A stretch of 40,000 nucleotides of DNA from Candidatus Pelagibacterales bacterium (lineage in GTDB: Bacteria; Pseudomonadota; Alphaproteobacteria; Pelagibacterales; Pelagibacteraceae): positions 141,284 through 181,283 of the forward strand of contig CBDDYY010000003.1 in assembly GCA_965235745.1 (NCBI GenBank), given 5' to 3'. The notes below the pieces were generated by a model, which saw nothing but the letters and a program-made list of their open reading frames with translations, searched no databases and was not told the origin of the DNA. Position numbers and translations under genes: made by a program. Shown piece after piece: positions 1 through 11,098 of the stretch; position 1 is the first letter of the stretch; every line of letters starts with the position of its first letter.

Positions 1-339
1 AAATTTTAATCCTCCTGTTCTTGCTGCTTCAGCAAGAGATTTGACTCTACCGTGATATTTATAACTACCTCTATCAAAATAAACCTCTTTTATACCCTTG
101 GCTATTGATCTTTCTGCAATCAATTTACCAACTACTTTTGATAATTCTGTTTTATTATTTTTTTCAATATTTTTTTCTTTTGATGAAGCAGATGCAATGG
201 TTGTTCTTTTATTATCATCAATTAATTGGGCGTAAATATTTTTTGAAGATCTAAAAACAGTAAGCCTTGGCTTATCCGTATTAACACGTTTAAGTTTTGA
301 TCTATTTCTTTTTTTTCTAATAAGTGTTTTATTTCTCAT
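1..339 (-). CDS. rplR: 50S ribosomal protein L18 (whole coding part present; stop codon lies just outside the window)
   Basis: Own translation of the minus strand from the ATG at 339 gives [42 protein letters not shown]...[17 protein letters not shown], with typical L18 N- and C-termini. It is missing from the ORF track only because no stop lies in the window. It follows rplF as in spc operons. Confidence 0.9.
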   Translation of the reverse strand, partial: MRNKTLIRKKRNRSKLKRVNTDKPRLTVFRSSKNIYAQLIDDNKRTTIASASSKEKNIEKNNKTELSKVVGKLIAERSIAKGIKEVYFDRGSYKYHGRVKSLAEAARTGGLKF

Positions 340-341
340 TA

Positions 342-879
342 TTATTTTTTCTTTCCTTCTTTTTTAAGAACAAACTGACCATCACTAGTAATACCTTTTT
401 GTTTATATGGCTCAACAGGTTTTAGGAATTTAATGTCAGCAGCTACTTTACCAATTAGCTGCTTGTCAATTCCATTTAAAGTAATTTTAGTCTGTTTATC
501 AATTTTAACAGTTATGCCTTCAGGAATATCAAATAGAATGTCATGACTAAAACCAAGTTGAAATTGTATTTGATTGCCTTTCATGTTTGCCCTAAAACCA
601 ACACCATTTAGATTAAGATTTATTTCATAACCTTTGGAAATACCAATCAACGCATTATTAATCAAACTCCTTTGAAGACCCCAAATAACTTTGTTTTGAT
701 TTTTTAAGTCTTTTGGTTTAATCAAAATTTGATTATTTTCTATCTTGGTATCAAGAGCATCAATATTTATTGTTAATTCTTTTTTACCCTTGGGCCCCTC
801 CATGAGAAATTTTATTTCCATTGATAGATACTTTCGTATCTTTAGGTATCTCAATATGTTTTTTTCCAATTTTTGACAT
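342..879 (-). pseudogene. rplF: 50S ribosomal protein L6, reading frame broken by one extra nucleotide around 792-807
   Basis: The ATG at 879 gives MSKIGKKHIEIPKDTKVSINGNKIS (canonical L6 N-terminus), then a stop at 784-786. The rest of L6 (..EGPKGKKELTINID.. to the stop at 342) is track ORF 342..869, in the +1 frame. 879-342+1 = 538 = 3n+1. Confidence 0.85.
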
Positions 880-891
880 AATTTTATTCAA

Positions 892-1293
892 TTAAGAAAT
901 ATTACAGATAATCTCTCCTCCAAGTTTTTGATCTCTTGCTTCATTATCAGACAATATTCCTTTAGAAGTTGATATTATCGATATTCCTAGTCCATTTAAT
1001 ACTCGTGGCAGACTTTCAAATCTTGTGTAAATTCTTCTTCCAGGTTTAGAAATTCTTTTAATTTCTCTTATCACTGGTGATCCATGAACATACTTTAAGT
1101 TAACTTTCAATCCTTCGAATTGCTTTCCCTCTTCTTTCACAATTTCATAACTAGATATAAATCCTTCACGTTGCATAGCGTCCAAAAGAAATTTTTTAAA
1201 TTTAGAGCTAGGTATTACAACAGTTGGATGTTGCTTCATTTGAGCATTTCTGATTCTTGTCAGCATATCTCCTATTGGGTCTGATATAGTCAT
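892..1293 (-). CDS. rpsH: 30S ribosomal protein S8
   Basis: 133-aa ORF. The N-terminus MTISDPIGDMLTRIRNA is the canonical S8 signature. spc-operon position. Confidence 0.96.
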   Translation of the reverse strand: MTISDPIGDMLTRIRNAQMKQHPTVVIPSSKFKKFLLDAMQREGFISSYEIVKEEGKQFEGLKVNLKYVHGSPVIREIKRISKPGRRIYTRFESLPRVLNGLGISIISTSKGILSDNEARDQKLGGEIICNIS

Positions 1294-1306
1294 ATTAGCT
1301 CCTTTC

Positions 1307-1612
1307 CTACCAACTTGATTTTGTCATGCCAGGAATCTTGCCCATAGAAGCTAATTTTCTAAGTGCAATTCTAGACATTTTTAATTTACGATAATAACCG
1401 TGCGGTCTACCAGTTATTTCACATCTATTTCTAATTCTTGATTTTGCTGAATTTTTTGGAAGCTTTGCAAGTTTTAAAGTAGCAGCAAATCTTTCATTCA
1501 AATTTATACTCTTATCCATTACAATCTCTTTGAGCTTTTTTCTTTTATTCTCAAATCTTTTAGCCATTTTTACTCTTTTTAAATTTCTATGTATTGCCGA
1601 TGTCTTTGCCAT
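1307..1612 (-). CDS. rpsN: 30S ribosomal protein S14 (long form)
   Basis: 101-aa ORF with the C-terminal ..[42 protein letters not shown]14 signature. Confidence 0.95.
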   Translation of the reverse strand: MAKTSAIHRNLKRVKMAKRFENKRKKLKEIVMDKSINLNERFAATLKLAKLPKNSAKSRIRNRCEITGRPHGYYRKLKMSRIALRKLASMGKIPGMTKSSW

Positions 1613-2166
1613 TAATTTGATCCTTTCTTATAAAATGGAAATTGAAAACTATCCAATAGTGCTCTAGATGCTTCTTTATTTCTAGTAGAAGTTACTACCG
1701 TGATATCCAGACCTCTCATTTTTTCAATTTTGTCAAAGTTTACCTCTGGAAATATAACGTGCTCTTTTATGCCAAAGCTATAATTGGCTTCCTGATCAAA
1801 ACTATCTGGATTTAACCCTCTAAAATCTTTAATTCTTGGTAAGGCCATATTTATTAGCCTGTCTAAGAAATAATACATATTGTTTTTTCTCAAAGTTACT
1901 TTTAGTCCAAGAGGAATATTTTTTCTTGTTTTAAAATTTGCAACAGCCTTTTTTGATTTGGTTATAACAGGAAGTTGTCCAGTTAAGTTTCCTAAATCAG
2001 TTTGTATACTTTTCAGAACTTTTCCATCACTTGCATCCAATCCAAGCCCCATATTTAAAACAATTTTTTCAAGTCTAGGAGCTTGCATTACATTTTTAAT
2101 TGCAAGTTTTTGTATTAAACTAGGTAATATTTCATCTTTATATAATTTTTTTAATCTTGGTGTCAT
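1612..2166 (-). CDS. rplE: 50S ribosomal protein L5
   Basis: 184-aa ORF with L5 motifs (..[14 protein letters not shown]..). Its stop overlaps the rpsN start by 1 nt. Confidence 0.95.
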   Translation of the reverse strand: MTPRLKKLYKDEILPSLIQKLAIKNVMQAPRLEKIVLNMGLGLDASDGKVLKSIQTDLGNLTGQLPVITKSKKAVANFKTRKNIPLGLKVTLRKNNMYYFLDRLINMALPRIKDFRGLNPDSFDQEANYSFGIKEHVIFPEVNFDKIEKMRGLDITVVTSTRNKEASRALLDSFQFPFYKKGSN

Positions 2167-2549
2167 TATTTCTTATCTTTTTTTGTTGGTTTCTTAATTT
2201 TTTTTACATCTTTTTTTGAAGAGTCTTTTTTTATTTTTTTTTCAGTTTTTTTTGCTGTTTCTGGTTTAGAGGCTTTAAGTTCTTTTTTTTGAATAACTTT
2301 TTTACCTTCGTCTTTTTTTTTATTAGCGCTATCAATTACATGCAGATTGGACAAATGAATTGACTTTTCAATATTTACAATTCCGCCCTTATTTTCCTTA
2401 GTTGGTTTTTGATGTTTTTTAACAATATTCAATCCTTTTACAATTGCTCTTGATTGGCTTTTAAATAACTGGATAACTTCTCCGGTTTTACCGCGCTCAT
2501 CACCAGCTAATAATTTTACGGTATCCCCTTTTTTAATTTTTAATTTCAT
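2166..2549 (-). CDS. rplX: 50S ribosomal protein L24 with lysine-rich C-terminal tail
   Basis: 127-aa ORF with a KOW motif (KKGDTVKLLAGDERGKTGEV). About 50 aa of K-rich tail. 1-nt overlaps on both sides. Confidence 0.93.
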   Translation of the reverse strand: MKLKIKKGDTVKLLAGDERGKTGEVIQLFKSQSRAIVKGLNIVKKHQKPTKENKGGIVNIEKSIHLSNLHVIDSANKKKDEGKKVIQKKELKASKPETAKKTEKKIKKDSSKKDVKKIKKPTKKDKK

Positions 2550-2917
2550 TACAAAACCTCTGGAGCTAAAGATATAATTTTCATATGATTTTTTACTCTT
2601 AATTCTCTTGTGACTGGGCCAAATATTCGAGTACCTATTGGCTCGTTATTAGCCGCAATTAAAACAGCAGCATTTGTGTCAAATTTGATCGATGATCCGT
2701 CAATTCTTGAAATTTGTTTTTTTGTTCTAACAATTACTGCTTTATGCACATCCCCTTTTTTTACTTTTCCTTTTGGCATGGCATCTTTAATACTTACGAC
2801 AATTATATCGCCAATAGTTGCATAACGTCTCTTTGAACCACCTAATACCTTAATGCATTCAATCCTTTTTGCACCAGTATTATCTGCAACTTCTAATTCT
2901 GTTTGAACTTGTATCAT
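2549..2917 (-). CDS. rplN: 50S ribosomal protein L14
   Basis: 122-aa [20 protein letters not shown].., canonical L14. Confidence 0.96.
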   Translation of the reverse strand: MIQVQTELEVADNTGAKRIECIKVLGGSKRRYATIGDIIVVSIKDAMPKGKVKKGDVHKAVIVRTKKQISRIDGSSIKFDTNAAVLIAANNEPIGTRIFGPVTRELRVKNHMKIISLAPEVL

Positions 2918-3150
2918 TATTTAGCTCCTACTACTTTCCACTTTTTAAGTTTTGATATTGGTGCAGACTCAATTATTTTTACATTATCTCCAACAGAATA
3001 GTTTCCATCTTCATAATGCGCATGGTACTTTTTATTTTTTTTGACAACCTTAAGTAAAACAGGATGTCTAAATTTTCTTTCTACGCTCACTACAAGAGTT
3101 TTGAGGTTTTTAGTGCTCACTACTTTTCCTTGTAAAATTCTTTTTGTCAT
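2917..3150 (-). CDS. rpsQ: 30S ribosomal protein S17
   Basis: 77-aa ORF, ..[38 protein letters not shown].., S17 pattern and operon position. Confidence 0.94.
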   Translation of the reverse strand: MTKRILQGKVVSTKNLKTLVVSVERKFRHPVLLKVVKKNKKYHAHYEDGNYSVGDNVKIIESAPISKLKKWKVVGAK

Positions 3151-3341
3151 TATGCTTTCTTCTTTTGATTTATAAATGTTAATATTTTTGCAATAGCTCT
3201 TCTCACTGTAGTAATTCTTGCGCTATTAGTTATCTGTGAATTCATTTTTTGTATTCTTAGATTAAACTGTTCTTTTTTAAAATTACCAAGTTCTTTCTCA
3301 AGCTGCGTAATTGATAAATTTTTTAAATCTTTTGTTTTCAT
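3150..3341 (-). CDS. rpmC: 50S ribosomal protein L29
   Basis: 63-aa ORF between rplP and rpsQ, with an L29-like helical sequence. Confidence 0.92.
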   Translation of the reverse strand: MKTKDLKNLSITQLEKELGNFKKEQFNLRIQKMNSQITNSARITTVRRAIAKILTFINQKKKA

Positions 3342-3758
3342 TTATATATTCATGTTTCGTTTAATAATTTTAGTTTTAATGGGAAGTTTAGATGAGGCTC
3401 TATCAAAAGCTTCTTTTGCAACTATATCGCTTACACCATCAATTTCAAAAATAATTCTTCCAGGTTTAACTCTGCAAATATAATATTCGACGTTTCCTTT
3501 TCCTTTACCCATTCTTACTTCGATTGGTTTTTTTGATACAGGAATGTTTGGGAAAATTCTTAACCAAACTCTTCCTGCTCTCTTCATATGCCTGGTCAAT
3601 GCCACTCTTGCAGCTTCAATTTGTCTTGATGTTATTCTTTCAGGCTCCATAGCTTGTAAACCATGTGAACCAAAGTTTATAGTTGCACCACGATCTGCAA
3701 CACCATGAATTCGACCCTTGTGAGCTTTTCTATATTTTGTTCTAGCTGGTTGTAACAT
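3342..3758 (-). CDS. rplP: 50S ribosomal protein L16
   Basis: 138-aa [22 protein letters not shown].., canonical L16. Confidence 0.96.
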   Translation of the reverse strand: MLQPARTKYRKAHKGRIHGVADRGATINFGSHGLQAMEPERITSRQIEAARVALTRHMKRAGRVWLRIFPNIPVSKKPIEVRMGKGKGNVEYYICRVKPGRIIFEIDGVSDIVAKEAFDRASSKLPIKTKIIKRNMNI

Positions 3759-4435
3759 TATTTTTTCTCTTCCTCTTTTTCACTATCAATTTTTTTCTGA
3801 AGATCTTTTTGGAATACTACTCCTTTATAAATGTAGACTTTAATTCCAATAATTCCGTATGTTGTCAACGCTTCACACTCAGCATAGTCAACATCTGCTC
3901 TAAGGGTATGTAACGGAACACTTCCTTCTCTTAACCATTCAGTTCTTGCAATCTCGTTACCTGCTAATCTACCACTTATCATCACTTTAATTCCCTTAGC
4001 GCCAATTCTCATGGTAGCTTGCATAGCTCTTTTCATTGCTTTTCTATATGCAATCCTTTTTTCAATTTGCTGAGCTATATTTTCTGCTACTAAGTAAGCA
4101 TCAAGTTCAGGCTTTCTGATTTCTTTTATATTCACGCTAACTTCATCATTAGCTATTTTGGCAATATTACTCTTTATTTTTTCAATATCAGATCCTTTTT
4201 TTCCGATCACAAAACCCGGTCTTGAAGTAAAAATTGTTACATTGCACTTTTTAGTAGGTCTCTCTATTAAAATTTTTGAAATACCAGAATTTTTGATTGT
4301 ACTATTAATATATTTTCTAATTTTAAAATCCTGAATAAGATATGTTCCGTAGTTTTCTTTTTTTGCAAACCACATTGAATCCCAAGTTCTATTGATTTTT
4401 AATCTAACGCCGATTGGATTAATCTTTTGTCCCAT
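3758..4435 (-). CDS. rpsC: 30S ribosomal protein S3
   Basis: 225-aa [23 protein letters not shown].., KH domain, S3. Confidence 0.96.
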   Translation of the reverse strand: MGQKINPIGVRLKINRTWDSMWFAKKENYGTYLIQDFKIRKYINSTIKNSGISKILIERPTKKCNVTIFTSRPGFVIGKKGSDIEKIKSNIAKIANDEVSVNIKEIRKPELDAYLVAENIAQQIEKRIAYRKAMKRAMQATMRIGAKGIKVMISGRLAGNEIARTEWLREGSVPLHTLRADVDYAECEALTTYGIIGIKVYIYKGVVFQKDLQKKIDSEKEEEKK

Positions 4436-4438
4436 AAA

Positions 4439-4822
4439 TTAAGCTCCTTTTGCTACTTCCGCCTCTTTTTTTTCAGAAACTATTATTGTTAGATTGCTAT
4501 AATGTTTTTTTATACTTGCAGCTCTTCCTTTGGCTCTAGGTCTAAATCTTTTTAAAGTAATGCCTTTTCCTACATACGCCTCCTTTACAATCAATGTATC
4601 AATATCTAATTGATTATTATTTTCAGCATTGGCAACAGCAGACTTAATAGTTTTGATTATTTCTTTAGATACTCTCTTATTTGAAAATTGCAGGTCTCTC
4701 AAAACATTATCTACTTTTTTTCCACGAATGGATTGTAAAATTTCGTTAACTTTTCTAGTTCCTGAACGTAAATTATTATAAACAGCTTTTACCATTGATA
4801 AATCTTTTTTTACTTTACTCAT
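4439..4822 (-). CDS. rplV: 50S ribosomal protein L22
   Basis: 127-aa ORF between rpsS and rpsC, with L22-like sequence (..KRFRPRAKGRAASIKKHYSNLTIIV). Confidence 0.94.
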   Translation of the reverse strand: MSKVKKDLSMVKAVYNNLRSGTRKVNEILQSIRGKKVDNVLRDLQFSNKRVSKEIIKTIKSAVANAENNNQLDIDTLIVKEAYVGKGITLKRFRPRAKGRAASIKKHYSNLTIIVSEKKEAEVAKGA

Positions 4823-4824
4823 TA

Positions 4825-5121
4825 TTATTTTTTATCCTCTTTTTTTGGTTCTGCTTTTTTCTCAGCAGGCGTATGACCTAAAAACTGTCTTGTAGGAGCA
4901 AATTCACCAAGCTTATGCCCTATCATTTCTTCTGATACAGTAATTGGGATAAATTTTTTTCCATTATGAATTTCAAATTTCTGACCTATAAACTCTGGTA
5001 TTATGGTTGAATTTCTTGACCAGGTTTTAATTGGTCTTTTAGAATCTGTTTCTTTTTGTTTCTCAACTTTTTTAATTAAACTAGGATGAACAAAAGGTCC
5101 TTTCCAAATTGAACGTGCCAT
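4825..5121 (-). CDS. rpsS: 30S ribosomal protein S19
   Basis: 98-aa [14 protein letters not shown].., canonical S19. Confidence 0.96.
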   Translation of the reverse strand: MARSIWKGPFVHPSLIKKVEKQKETDSKRPIKTWSRNSTIIPEFIGQKFEIHNGKKFIPITVSEEMIGHKLGEFAPTRQFLGHTPAEKKAEPKKEDKK

Positions 5122-5124
5122 AAA

Positions 5125-5952
5125 TTATCTTTTCTTCTTTCTTGAAATAATAAACTGATCAGTTTTTTTATTATTTCTAGTTTTTAATCCTTTAGTTCCC
5201 TGACCCCAAGGAGTAACAGGGTGTCTTCCGCCTGATGTCTTACCCTCTCCACCACCATGAGGATGGTCAACAGGATTCATAACAACACCTCTTGATTGAG
5301 GTCTAATACCCAACCATCTATTTCTTCCAGCCTTACCAATTTTTACGTTCTTTTGGTCAACATTAGAAAGTTGGCCAATTGTTGCTCTGCAGTCTGATCT
5401 AATTTTTCTAACTTCTCCTGAAGCTAATCGTATTGTCGTATAATCTCCATCAACACCCATCACTTGAGCAGCCGTTCCAGCAGATCTCACCATGATTCCA
5501 CCTTTTCCAGGTGTAAGTTCAATATTATGCACATTAGTTCCACCAGGTATGTCTTTAATTTTCATGCAATTACCTGGCTTAATTTCTAATTTATTTCCAG
5601 AATAAATCTTGTCACCTATCATGACACCTTCTGGAGCTAATAGATAAGAAATAGTTTTATCCTCATATTCTACAAGCATAATATTTGCACTTCTAAATGG
5701 ATCGTGTTCAAATCTTTTTATTTCAGCAGCCATATCAAATTTGTTTCGCTTAAAATCAATAAGTCTAAATCTTTTTTTATGACCAGCACTTCTGTGCCTT
5801 GATGTAATTCTCCCCTGATTATTTCTACCTATAGATCTACTTAATTTTTTAGTAAGTGTTTTTTCTGGTTTACCTTTCCATAAGTGAGATCTATCAACAA
5901 GAATTGTTCCTCTCATTGATTTTGTATATGGTTTATAACTTCTTAAAGACAT
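5125..5952 (-). CDS. rplB: 50S ribosomal protein L2
   Basis: 275-aa ORF with the ..VMNPVDHPHGGGEGKTSGGRHPVTPWG.. L2 signature. Confidence 0.97.
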   Translation of the reverse strand: MSLRSYKPYTKSMRGTILVDRSHLWKGKPEKTLTKKLSRSIGRNNQGRITSRHRSAGHKKRFRLIDFKRNKFDMAAEIKRFEHDPFRSANIMLVEYEDKTISYLLAPEGVMIGDKIYSGNKLEIKPGNCMKIKDIPGGTNVHNIELTPGKGGIMVRSAGTAAQVMGVDGDYTTIRLASGEVRKIRSDCRATIGQLSNVDQKNVKIGKAGRNRWLGIRPQSRGVVMNPVDHPHGGGEGKTSGGRHPVTPWGQGTKGLKTRNNKKTDQFIISRKKKR

Positions 5953-5954
5953 AA

Positions 5955-6251
5955 TTAAACTCCAGCAGCGATATCAATACTTTGACCTTCTTTCAAAGTA
6001 ATAATCGCTTTTTTGTATCCTGATTTTTTTGCAAGCTTACCTCTTACAACTTTAAATCTATCTTTTGCATTAATTGTGTTTATTTTAACAACATTTACCT
6101 TGTAAATTTTTTCAATACTTTTTTTAATTAATTTTTTAGAAGCAGTTTTTGATACTTTGAAAGTAATTTTGTTTAAACTGCTCATATTAGTGCTTTTCTC
6201 AGTTATAATAGGAGTTAATATTATATTATAAGCAAAATTTTCGTTGCTCAT
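5955..6251 (-). CDS. rplW: 50S ribosomal protein L23
   Basis: 98-aa ORF between rplD and rplB, with an L23-like sequence. Confidence 0.93.
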   Translation of the reverse strand: MSNENFAYNIILTPIITEKSTNMSSLNKITFKVSKTASKKLIKKSIEKIYKVNVVKINTINAKDRFKVVRGKLAKKSGYKKAIITLKEGQSIDIAAGV

Positions 6252-6877
6252 TTTGCAAGCCTTTCCTCTAAAGTTTTAAGAGCTTCTTTTGTAAAAAGAA
6301 CTTTTTGAAACTTAATTAAATCATATACATTTGTACCAACCACTTTTAATCGTTTCGTATTTGGAATATTTTTAATACTTTTTAAAAATTTTTCAGAAGC
6401 GCCGTCATGATGAACTATTAAAGCAGACTTGGTCTCTAATTTAGATAAAAAATTATCAAATGATTTTGTTTTAAAGGTGCTCATTTCAGGTTCTTGAAAT
6501 ATATTAATTTGTTTATTAAGAACTTTGGAAGATAAAGCGCTTATCAAGCCCAAGTTTCTAACTTTTTTATTTAACTTCGTTAATCTTGTTTGTCCTCTGT
6601 GTCTCGGTCCATGTGCAATACCACCGCCAACAAATATAGGAGCCGTTATATTACCGTGTCTTGCTCCTCCGGAACCTTTTTGTTGAACTATTTTTCTTCG
6701 AGATCCTTTTACCTCGCCTCTTGACTTTGTATGACCTTTTTTCTTTCTTTGATTATTTAACTGCCAGTTAATAACTAACTGAATCAAATCTTTTCTTGGC
6801 TTAAAAGAAAAAATTTTGTCAGAAACTTCGTGACTTCCAACCTTCTTTCCTTCAATATTTATTTCTTCAATTTGCAT
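6248..6877 (-). CDS. rplD: 50S ribosomal protein L4
   Basis: 209-aa ORF with the ..QKGSGGARHGNITAPIFVGGGIAHGP.. L4 motif. 4-nt overlap with rplW. Confidence 0.95.
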   Translation of the reverse strand: MQIEEINIEGKKVGSHEVSDKIFSFKPRKDLIQLVINWQLNNQRKKKGHTKSRGEVKGSRRKIVQQKGSGGARHGNITAPIFVGGGIAHGPRHRGQTRLTKLNKKVRNLGLISALSSKVLNKQINIFQEPEMSTFKTKSFDNFLSKLETKSALIVHHDGASEKFLKSIKNIPNTKRLKVVGTNVYDLIKFQKVLFTKEALKTLEERLAK

Positions 6878-6878
6878 A

Positions 6879-7679
6879 TTAGTCTTTTTTTATTTCAGTT
6901 TGTGTTGCACTTTTCGCCGCTTCTTTCTCTGCTTTTGCAGCTTCTTTAGCTTCCTTGGCAACATTTTTTTTATCTTTTTTATCTGATTTTGCTACTTCAA
7001 GATCCTCAAAGTAAGATTTCAATCTTTCCTGAACTGTTAATCTATTTTTTTTCTTAACAGCTTCAGTAATTTCTACATATGTATTTTTACTTCCTGGTAT
7101 TGATCCTCTTAAATACAGCAAATTATTTACCAAGTCAGCTTCAACTATCTCTAAACCTTGGGTAGTTCTAAACTTATCACCCATATGACCAGCCATTTTT
7201 TTTCCTTTAAAAACTTTTCCAGGATCTTGTCTCTGACCTGTTGAACCGTGCGATCTATGTGATACTGACACACCGTGTGTTGCTCTTAAACCACCAAAAT
7301 TCCACCTTTTCATAACACCGGCAAAGCCTTTACCGATCGTTTTTGATCTTATATCTACAAACTTTTTATCTTTTAGAAGTTCTAGTGTCACATCAGACCC
7401 TGCTTTGTATTCTTGAACATTGTCTAATCTATATTCTTTTAAGAACTTTTTTGCTTCTAATGATTTTTTAGAGAAAAAACCTTTCATGGCTTTAGAAAGT
7501 TTTGAACTTTTAATATGTCCGTAACCAACAAGAAGTGCCGAGTAGCCTCTTTTCTCTTCAGAAATAACATCAATAATTTTTCCTGGCTCAACTTGCAGAA
7601 CGGTTACTGGTACAGCTTCACCACTTTCGTAAAACTTTTGAGTCATTCCAATTTTTTTTCCAATCAAACCTAAAGTCAT
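6879..7679 (-). CDS. rplC: 50S ribosomal protein L3 with K/E/A-rich C-terminal tail
   Basis: 266-aa ORF with ..FAGVMKRWNFGGLRATHGVSVSHRSHGSTGQRQDPGKVFKGKKMAGHMG.., the L3 signature. Confidence 0.95.
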   Translation of the reverse strand: MTLGLIGKKIGMTQKFYESGEAVPVTVLQVEPGKIIDVISEEKRGYSALLVGYGHIKSSKLSKAMKGFFSKKSLEAKKFLKEYRLDNVQEYKAGSDVTLELLKDKKFVDIRSKTIGKGFAGVMKRWNFGGLRATHGVSVSHRSHGSTGQRQDPGKVFKGKKMAGHMGDKFRTTQGLEIVEADLVNNLLYLRGSIPGSKNTYVEITEAVKKKNRLTVQERLKSYFEDLEVAKSDKKDKKNVAKEAKEAAKAEKEAAKSATQTEIKKD

Positions 7680-7681
7680 AA

Positions 7682-7990
7682 CTAAATTTTTATCTCCACG
7701 TCCACACCTGCAGCTAAATCAAGCTTCATCAAAGCCTCGATTGTTTGAGGCGTCGGCTCCAAAATATCAATTAGTCTTTTATGGGTCCTTGTCTCAAATT
7801 GTTCTCTACTCTTTTTGTCAATATGAGGTGATCTTAACACTGTATAAATTTCTTTTGTTGTGGGTAAAGGAATTGGTCCTTTGATTTGTGCCCCCGTTCT
7901 CTTAGCAGTATTCACAATTTCTATCGTTGATTGATCGAGAATTTTATGATCGTAAGCCTGCAATCTAATTCTTATTTGTTGTTTATCCAT
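7682..7990 (-). CDS. rpsJ: 30S ribosomal protein S10
   Basis: 102-aa ORF, ..[16 protein letters not shown].., S10. Confidence 0.96.
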   Translation of the reverse strand: MDKQQIRIRLQAYDHKILDQSTIEIVNTAKRTGAQIKGPIPLPTTKEIYTVLRSPHIDKKSREQFETRTHKRLIDILEPTPQTIEALMKLDLAAGVDVEIKI

Positions 7991-7993
7991 AAT

Positions 7994-10069
7994 TTAAGCT
8001 AATTTCTTTGTGACTTCATCTTGAACGTTTTGCGGTACTTTTTCATAATGATCAAATGTCATTGTGTACTGAGCTCTTCCTTGAGACATTGATCTTAATG
8101 TGTTCACATATCCAAACATGTTTGCAAGTGGCACCATTGCGTTAATTACAGTCGCATTTCCTCTTTTGTCTGTGGAACCAATTTGTCCTCGTCTACTATT
8201 TAGGTCACCTATTACGTCTCCCATATGATCATCAGGGGTAACGACCTCTACTTTCATTATTGGTTCTAGGAGTTTTAAGTTTGCTTTTGTACAAGCTTCT
8301 TTAAATGCCATTCTTCCAGCAATCTCGAATGCTAATGCACTTGAGTCTACATCATGGTGCAAGCCATCTATTAAAGTAACTTTATAATCAAGCATTGGAA
8401 AGCCGGCTAATATTCCTGACTCTGCAACACCCTCAATCCCTTTTTCTACACCTGGAATAAATTCTTTAGGTATGGCTCCACCTTTAATGATATTTTCAAC
8501 TTGCCGACCCTTTCCTGGAGGAAGAGGCTCAACACTTAATTTTACTCTAGCAAACTGACCAGCTCCACCACTTTGTTTTTTGTGAGTATAGTCAACAGTT
8601 GCGTTACCTTGAATGGTTTCTCTGTAAGCAACCTGTGGTGCTCCGATATTTGCCTCAACTTTAAATTCTCTTTTCATTCGATCAACAATAATATCAAGGT
8701 GCAGTTCACCCATACCTTTAATAATGGTTTGTCCTGACTCATTATCTGATGAAACTCTAAAAGATGGATCTTCTTTTGCCAAACGAGCCAATGCTTCTCC
8801 CATTTTTTCTTGGTCGCCCTTAGTTTTAGGCTCAACTGCAATTTCAATCACAGGCTCTGGAAATTCCATTGGTTCTAAAATGACAGGTTTAGATGAGTCA
8901 CATAATGTGTGTCCTGTTATAGTGTGTTTTAAACCAGCTAAAGCAACAATATCACCTGTTGATGCAGACTTAATGTCTTCTCTGTTGTTTGCATGCATTA
9001 GCAACATTCTTCCGATTCTTTCCTCTTTTTCTTTGCTACTGTTTAAAACACCAGTACCAGCATTTAAAGTTCCTGAATAAATTCTGATAAATGTCAAAGA
9101 ACCAACAAAAGGATCATTTGCCACTTTGAAAGCCAAGGCTGAAAAAGGTTCGTCATTCGAAAATTTTCTAATAATTTTTTCTTCCGAACCAGGTTTTGTT
9201 CCTGTTATTTGAGCAATATCTATTGGACTTGGTAAAAAATCTACCACTGCATCTAGCAAAGGTTGGACGCCTTTGTTCTTAAAAGCAGAACCGCAAATTA
9301 CAGGTACAAATGAAAAATTTAGAGTTCCTTTTCTAATACACTTTTTTAAATCTTCATTAGATATATCTTTGCCTTCTAGGTAAGACTCCATTAAATTTTC
9401 ATCTTGCTCAACAGCTGTTTCAATTAATTCTTTTCTATATTTTTCAGCCTGCTCTTTTAAATCAGCAGGGATTTCAATTTCATCAAATTTGGCACCTAGA
9501 CTTTCATCATTCCAGATAATACCCTTCATTTTTACAAGATCTATTACTCCCTTAAGATCAGATTCCAATCCTATTGGTAACTGCAATAATAAAGGGTTTG
9601 CACCAAGTCGACTTTTTAACATTCCAACACACATAAAAAAGTCTGCGCCAGTTCTGTCTAATTTATTTATAAAGCACATTCTTGGAACTTTGTATTTATC
9701 TGCCTGTCTCCATACAGTTTCGGATTGTGGTTCAACACCAGCAACTCCATCAAAAACAGCTACGGCTCCATCTAAAACTTTTAAAGATCTTTCGACTTCA
9801 ATTGTAAAATCAACGTGGCCAGGGGTATCGATAATATTAATTCTATGATCTTTCCAAAAACACGTTGTAGCAGCAGAAGTAATTGTTATGCCCCTTTCCT
9901 GCTCTTGCTCCATCCAATCCATTGTTGCAGCACCATCGTGAACCTCACCAATTTTATGAGCTTTTCCAGTGTAATAAAGAATACGTTCGGTTGTCGTTGT
10001 TTTACCAGCATCAATATGAGCCATGATACCAATATTTCTGTATTTATCTTTTGAAATTATCTGTTCCAT
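7994..10069 (-). CDS. fusA: Elongation factor G
   Basis: Track ORF 7994..10093. G-domain motifs [29 protein letters not shown] place the start at the internal Met ([24 protein letters not shown]) at 10069 because the longer form overlaps the rpsG stop. Confidence 0.93.
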   Translation of the reverse strand: MEQIISKDKYRNIGIMAHIDAGKTTTTERILYYTGKAHKIGEVHDGAATMDWMEQEQERGITITSAATTCFWKDHRINIIDTPGHVDFTIEVERSLKVLDGAVAVFDGVAGVEPQSETVWRQADKYKVPRMCFINKLDRTGADFFMCVGMLKSRLGANPLLLQLPIGLESDLKGVIDLVKMKGIIWNDESLGAKFDEIEIPADLKEQAEKYRKELIETAVEQDENLMESYLEGKDISNEDLKKCIRKGTLNFSFVPVICGSAFKNKGVQPLLDAVVDFLPSPIDIAQITGTKPGSEEKIIRKFSNDEPFSALAFKVANDPFVGSLTFIRIYSGTLNAGTGVLNSSKEKEERIGRMLLMHANNREDIKSASTGDIVALAGLKHTITGHTLCDSSKPVILEPMEFPEPVIEIAVEPKTKGDQEKMGEALARLAKEDPSFRVSSDNESGQTIIKGMGELHLDIIVDRMKREFKVEANIGAPQVAYRETIQGNATVDYTHKKQSGGAGQFARVKLSVEPLPPGKGRQVENIIKGGAIPKEFIPGVEKGIEGVAESGILAGFPMLDYKVTLIDGLHHDVDSSALAFEIAGRMAFKEACTKANLKLLEPIMKVEVVTPDDHMGDVIGDLNSRRGQIGSTDKRGNATVINAMVPLANMFGYVNTLRSMSQGRAQYTMTFDHYEKVPQNVQDEVTKKLA

Positions 10070-10073
10070 AAAA

Positions 10074-10550
<477 letters not shown>

Positions 10551-10922
10551 TTATTTTGGACGTTTAGTTCCATACTTGGAACGTTGTTGTTTTCTATTTG
10601 CTACACCTTGAGTATCTAAAAGTCCTCTTACAGTATGATACCTTACTCCAGGTAAATCTTTAACTCGACCACCTCTTATCATCACAACAGAATGCTCCTG
10701 AAGATTATGGCCTTCGCCTGGTATGTAGCTTGTAACTTCAAATCCATTGGACAATCTTACTCTTGCAACCTTTCGTAGCGCCGAGTTTGGTTTTTTTGGA
10801 GTAGTTGTGTAAACTCTAGTGCACACACCTCTTTTTAAAGGACAGGCCTCTAACGCAGGAACTTTATTTCTTGCAATAACTTTTTTTCTTTTCTGTTTTA
10901 ATAACTGGTTAATAGTTGGCAT
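10551..10922 (-). CDS. rpsL: 30S ribosomal protein S12
   Basis: 123-aa [16 protein letters not shown].., ..[15 protein letters not shown].., canonical S12. Confidence 0.97.
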   Translation of the reverse strand: MPTINQLLKQKRKKVIARNKVPALEACPLKRGVCTRVYTTTPKKPNSALRKVARVRLSNGFEVTSYIPGEGHNLQEHSVVMIRGGRVKDLPGVRYHTVRGLLDTQGVANRKQQRSKYGTKRPK

Positions 10923-11021
10923 AAATTTTATATTTTTTTTAAGGAAGGGTGACGTAGAACTTATAGTCGGTAGTTGTTTAAAGCCAACAAAGCCTTACGT
11001 GCTACCTTAAAAAATTTCGCT

Positions 11022-11050
11022 ATTAATACTGATTTATTCTACAAGGTCAA
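11022..11050 (-). promoter_or_regulatory. Candidate sigma-70-type promoter for the rpsL-led operon
   Basis: The minus strand reads TTGACC (11050-11045), 17 nt, ATTAAT (11027-11022), about 95 nt upstream of the rpsL ATG, in the only sizeable intergenic gap (10923-11098) of the cluster. Sequence match only. Confidence 0.3.
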
Positions 11051-11098
11051 CAATAAGATTATGTTAAATCTGTAATATTTATCTAGATTTTACTGGCC

